A stretch of DNA of 63,904 nucleotides, the filler included, from Octopus bimaculoides (lineage: Eukaryota): the NCBI RefSeq assembly GCF_001194135.2. It is 6 parts of 6 records of this genome, joined end to end, with 100 filler letters (N's around TTAATTAATTAA, not from the genome) between each part and the next. Parts side by side here need not be neighbours in the genome. Positions count along the whole stretch, not along the records: positions 58,527 to 62,264 come from NC_068981.1; positions 62,365 to 63,904 come from NC_068997.1; 4 more parts are not named here. One strand, written 5' to 3'. Below, piece after piece: positions 61,613 through 63,904 of the stretch. Position numbers and translations under genes: made by a program. The notes under the pieces were generated by a model. The model saw nothing but the letters and a program-made list of their open reading frames with translations. It made no database searches and was not told the origin of the DNA. Numbering within the stretch: position 1 is the first letter of the stretch; each line of letters begins with the position of its first letter.

Positions 61613-62647
61613 GAAGAAATACAAAATTCCCAGGATTCAAGAGAATCAGGTACTTAAATATTAAAGCACCATGATCAGGTCAGTGATAGGGCTATCATGT
61701 ACAAACAGTATTTAAGAACAGATATCTACTTGCTAAAGCAAACACGGATTTGTGCTCCAGTTATGCATACATTCACAAATGGCTGACTGAATACACAATT
61801 AGTTGTCAAGGTCACACATGGGTACATTCACTGCACCTATTGCACCAAACTCTATAGACTCTAGATCCAAGCAAATTGCAGGTTCTGAGTTTGGTGAAGG
61901 ATAAACAAATAACAACAGATATAAGCACCATATATATATATATATAATAATTTTCCCAGAGGATGTAGCAACCGTTACCAATATAGCATAAGAACTTACC
62001 TTAGGAGATCATTAATTAGATTCCTTAAGGGTCGTTCTCACAGTTTATATTTATATCATAAGGTTTTTAAACTTTTAAATTTTCATATTCAAAAGAGACA
62101 GAGACTTCAAATTCGGTATATCGATTTATTCACCACTCTATGTTAACATTTCTGTGCCAAACTTATCCAGTGACTGGTCCATTGGATTTAGACGTTTGGC
62201 ACTTATAAATCTTTAGTTAAATATATTCAATGAGAATATTATATACTGAATTTATATTGAGTGCNNNNNNNNNNNNNNNNNNNNNNNNNNNNNNNNNNNN
62301 NNNNNNNNTTAATTAATTAANNNNNNNNNNNNNNNNNNNNNNNNNNNNNNNNNNNNNNNNNNNNTATATATATATATATATATATATGTATGCACTTATG
62401 TATATAGTTGCATTTCTGTATATATATATATAGATAGATAGATGTGGAAATATAAATACAGGCAGATGCATATAGGAATGCTTATGTAGATGTGTATTAA
62501 TATATATGTATATAGATGCGTATGTTTGTTTCCAAGTGTGTATGCATACCTATGTATATTTATGGATTGATATATATATATATACACATACTTATCTACA
62601 CAAATACATACATATATATACAAACAAACGCATAAAATACATACACA

Positions 62648-62701
<54 letters not shown>

Positions 62702-62717
62702 CATATATATATATACA

Positions 62718-62749
<32 letters not shown>

Positions 62750-63383
62750 TTATATATGCATACGTGTGTGTACATATCTATATGTATATATATTTCGCTA
62801 AGTCTATTATATTTCCTTTTTCTTTTTTCTCTTCTGGTATTCTTTACTTTCGGTCCATTCCAATCTCTCTTCACGCCATTTTGATTTTTCCCCAAATAGA
62901 GCTTTTGTCTTTAGTATACAATAAAAGCATTACATTTCCAATGCTATAGACATCGCCGCTTGCTTTGTTTTTACTCTTTACTGTCTCTGTGTATCGTATT
63001 GTAAAGATATTTGAGTTAACATTGCAAGTTTCAGATATATTTTGCTTTTTGTGTTATTACATACTAATGCATAACGGCAATTCGTGTTGTAATAATACGG
63101 ACAAATGAATAAGTTAAATGAAGACTGCTGCTTGGCTCATTGGCTGTAAGCTAACATCCCATTACAGAAGCTCTTGTGAATTTTTCTCACTTAGGTCTTC
63201 AGTCTTTTTATGCATATTTTACTAAATGTTTAGATGTGCAAAAATTGTTCACTGTTTAGTTCGGAGAGATCTGATGTTATCTGAGATCGTGACGTGCATT
63301 ACAATCTAGGCCGGACTCGCTTTGGTTTTGATATTTATAAGCACACACTGCTACAAATACACTCATTCACACACAAACACAAA

Positions 63384-63423
<40 letters not shown>

Positions 63424-63590
63424 AATATATACACGGATAGTCTCACACACATCACATCTGCGCACACACATAGACACAGCGATACTTATATAGATAAACA
63501 CATACATACATATATATATGAATATACAACAACGTGAGGACGAGGTACAAGTACTGTATTATCAGACGCTCAGGGAAGGAAAGAAAGAAA

Positions 63591-63625
63591 ATTTTACATT
63601 TCGAGCAAAGCTCTTCTTCAGAAAT
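63591..63625 (-). ncRNA. Minimal type I hammerhead ribozyme motif (Penelope-like pseudo-LTR type)
   Basis: Minus strand ATTT-CTGAAGA-A-GAGC-ttt-GCTC-GAAA-TGT-A-AAAT: core, 4-bp stem II, 4-bp stem I. Confidence 0.65.
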
Positions 63626-63717
63626 AGAAGAAAATCCAAAAGAAGGGAAGGCGGAGGAAGAAAATCGCCAACGATTCACATGTGGTTACATTTTGAAATG
63701 ATCGGACTATTTCTATG

Positions 63718-63754
<37 letters not shown>

Positions 63755-63904
63755 AAAAGTAAATGAGTATATGCATATATACGTACAGGTATGTGCATAC
63801 CGACATCCACCTGTATGTATAGGTGCATATCTGGGTACAGGACATTGCAAACAAACGTAGACGAGAACACACGAGCCACATAGAGAACATTCTACTTCAT
63901 CAGC

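Noticed and set aside
16063-62320. Recurrent TTAATTAATTAA palindrome (5 occurrences)
   Set aside because: Always centred in 44N+12+44N blocks and encodes stops in all frames: an assembly spacer, not biology.
2250-63890. Most ORF-track entries (HT/CV/YI/ER repeats and X-filled ORFs)
   Set aside because: They are translations of microsatellites, N gaps, SINEs or the antisense strand of LINE fragments.

Overview
AT-rich, gapped eukaryotic genomic DNA dominated by microsatellites and transposable-element debris. The tRNA-headed SINE families and the N44-TTAATTAATTAA-N44 gap spacers suggest a cephalopod (Octopus-like) draft assembly; this is inference. Only one protein-coding exon is well supported: 59595-59772 (+), a 178-nt AG/GT-bounded exon encoding the middle of a formin FH2 domain. 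Much of the window is therefore probably intron of, or flank to, a large formin gene. The rest comprises at least four SINE families (labelled A-D here, with A carrying three alternative 3' tails); LINE remnants (L1/Tx1, R4/Dong-like RLE, CR1/L2-like, RTE); DNA transposon remnants (mariner, MULE, hAT, piggyBac- and Tc1-type MITEs); and Penelope-type minimal hammerhead ribozyme motifs. The most interesting signals are a near-intact minimal hammerhead, a SINE sharing its 3' end with an L1/Tx1 LINE, tail-to-tail stacks of Dong-like LINEs and SINEs on shared TAA microsatellites, and several strong fold-back hairpins. Element boundaries were read by eye and are approximate unless a TSD or TIR is quoted. 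No prokaryote-type systems (CRISPR, operons) are present.
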